A model generated the notes under the pieces. The model made no database searches, was not told the DNA's origin, and saw nothing but the letters and a program-made list of their open reading frames with translations. Shown here piece by piece: positions 63,494-63,822 of a DNA stretch of 63,822 bases. Origin of the DNA: Candidatus Acetothermia bacterium (GTDB lineage: Bacteria > Bipolaricaulota > Bipolaricaulia > RBG-16-55-9 > DRXL01); contig JAJHSH010000027.1 in assembly GCA_022683945.1 (NCBI GenBank), forward strand, positions 1 to 63,822, in the 5' to 3' direction. Within the stretch, counting starts at the first letter, position 1; each line of letters opens with the position of its first letter. Position numbers and translations under genes: made by a program.

Positions 63494-63732
63494 TAGCGCA
63501 ATTTGTGCACGGCGCGTTCGCCGATGCGGAAGAAGTAGAAGAGCTTGTCGGGGAATTGGGCTTGGGCTTGGCGGGCGACCTCCAACTCGTCGTCTCCGAC
63601 GACATACGCGCCGGACTCGATCTCGATGGCGACCACTTGGCCACGGTGCTCCGGGAGCAAGCGGGATTCGAGGCGGCGATAGAGCCGCCTGGCTTTTGCG
63701 GCTTGTTTCGACACAACAGCACTATTCATCAT
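63493..63732 (-). CDS. small protein translationally coupled to the protease (79 aa, DUF5678-like by memory)
   Basis: Its stop overlaps the start of the downstream gene (TAATG, 1-nt overlap). The pattern LLPEHRGQVVAIEIESGAYVVGDDELEVARQA...LFYFFRIG is present. Confidence 0.5.
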   Translation of the reverse strand: MMNSAVVSKQAAKARRLYRRLESRLLPEHRGQVVAIEIESGAYVVGDDELEVARQAQAQFPDKLFYFFRIGERAVHKLR

Positions 63733-63772
63733 AGCGCCTCTATCCTACCCCGCCCGCTCCATTGGTGCAACA

Positions 63773-63822
63773 GGCCCTCACCCCGGCTGCGCCACCCCTC
63801 TCCCGTCCGGACGGGAGAGGGG
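63773..63822. repeat. family A palindromic repeat, long variant, cut by the window end
   Basis: ggccctcaccccggctgcgccacccctctcccgtccggacgggagagggg is nearly identical to the left half of the copy inside clpC. Confidence 0.85.

Noticed and set aside
411-63822. The palindromic repeats as a CRISPR array
   Set aside because: The copies are dispersed kilobases apart, are internally palindromic with variable loops, have no regular repeat-spacer periodicity, and no cas genes are present.

Overview
This is a 63.8-kb chromosomal segment of a moderately high-G+C bacterium. All family calls come from motif recognition by eye; no search was run, and the SLH-anchored envelope genes suggest a deep-branching diderm lineage.

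The backbone is housekeeping:
- panB-panE, tig-clpP, a ClpC-type AAA+ chaperone, guaB, dgkA, pyrF, trkA-trkH, pcm, ltaE
- recG-gatC, pyrH-tsf-rpsB, dnaB
- a complete Liv-type ABC importer, and a PAS histidine kinase / response regulator / Crp / Lrp regulatory block

Accessory or unusual content:
1. A six-gene minus-strand envelope operon (9801-16774). It encodes an Omp-alpha-like SLH / coiled-coil / C-terminal-TM anchor, then three tandem paralogous Cys-paired beta-rich proteins ending in Phe, then a lipoprotein and a secreted protein. I consider this the best candidate for an undescribed system.
2. A surface-protein cluster (37568-46005): an NHL propeller, a PQQ-like propeller, a 1067-aa protein with 8 CARDB-like repeats, an unknown secreted protein and an orphan FtsX/MacB-type permease. 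A promoter-equipped 31-codon hydrophobic mini-ORF and a 732-aa beta-helix protein follow it.
3. A very dense load of two palindromic repeat families, at least 14 plus 4 copies. The families are nested in each other at two sites. One 69-nt copy sits in frame inside the clpC middle domain, and others supply stop codons or C-terminal tails.
4. A solo IS605-family tnpB, a low-G+C type II restriction-modification island, an archaeal-type trmY, a retropepsin-like protease gene pair and a HicB-like ORF with a possible hicA remnant.
5. Several candidate regulatory RNAs or sites: a CIRCE-like operator at clpC, a roughly 185-nt leader with a 15-bp long-range inverted repeat before an ABC binding-protein gene, a roughly 450-nt structured non-coding region at 480-926, and an AT-rich leader with a 15-codon mini-ORF.

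No rRNA, convincing tRNA or CRISPR array was seen.
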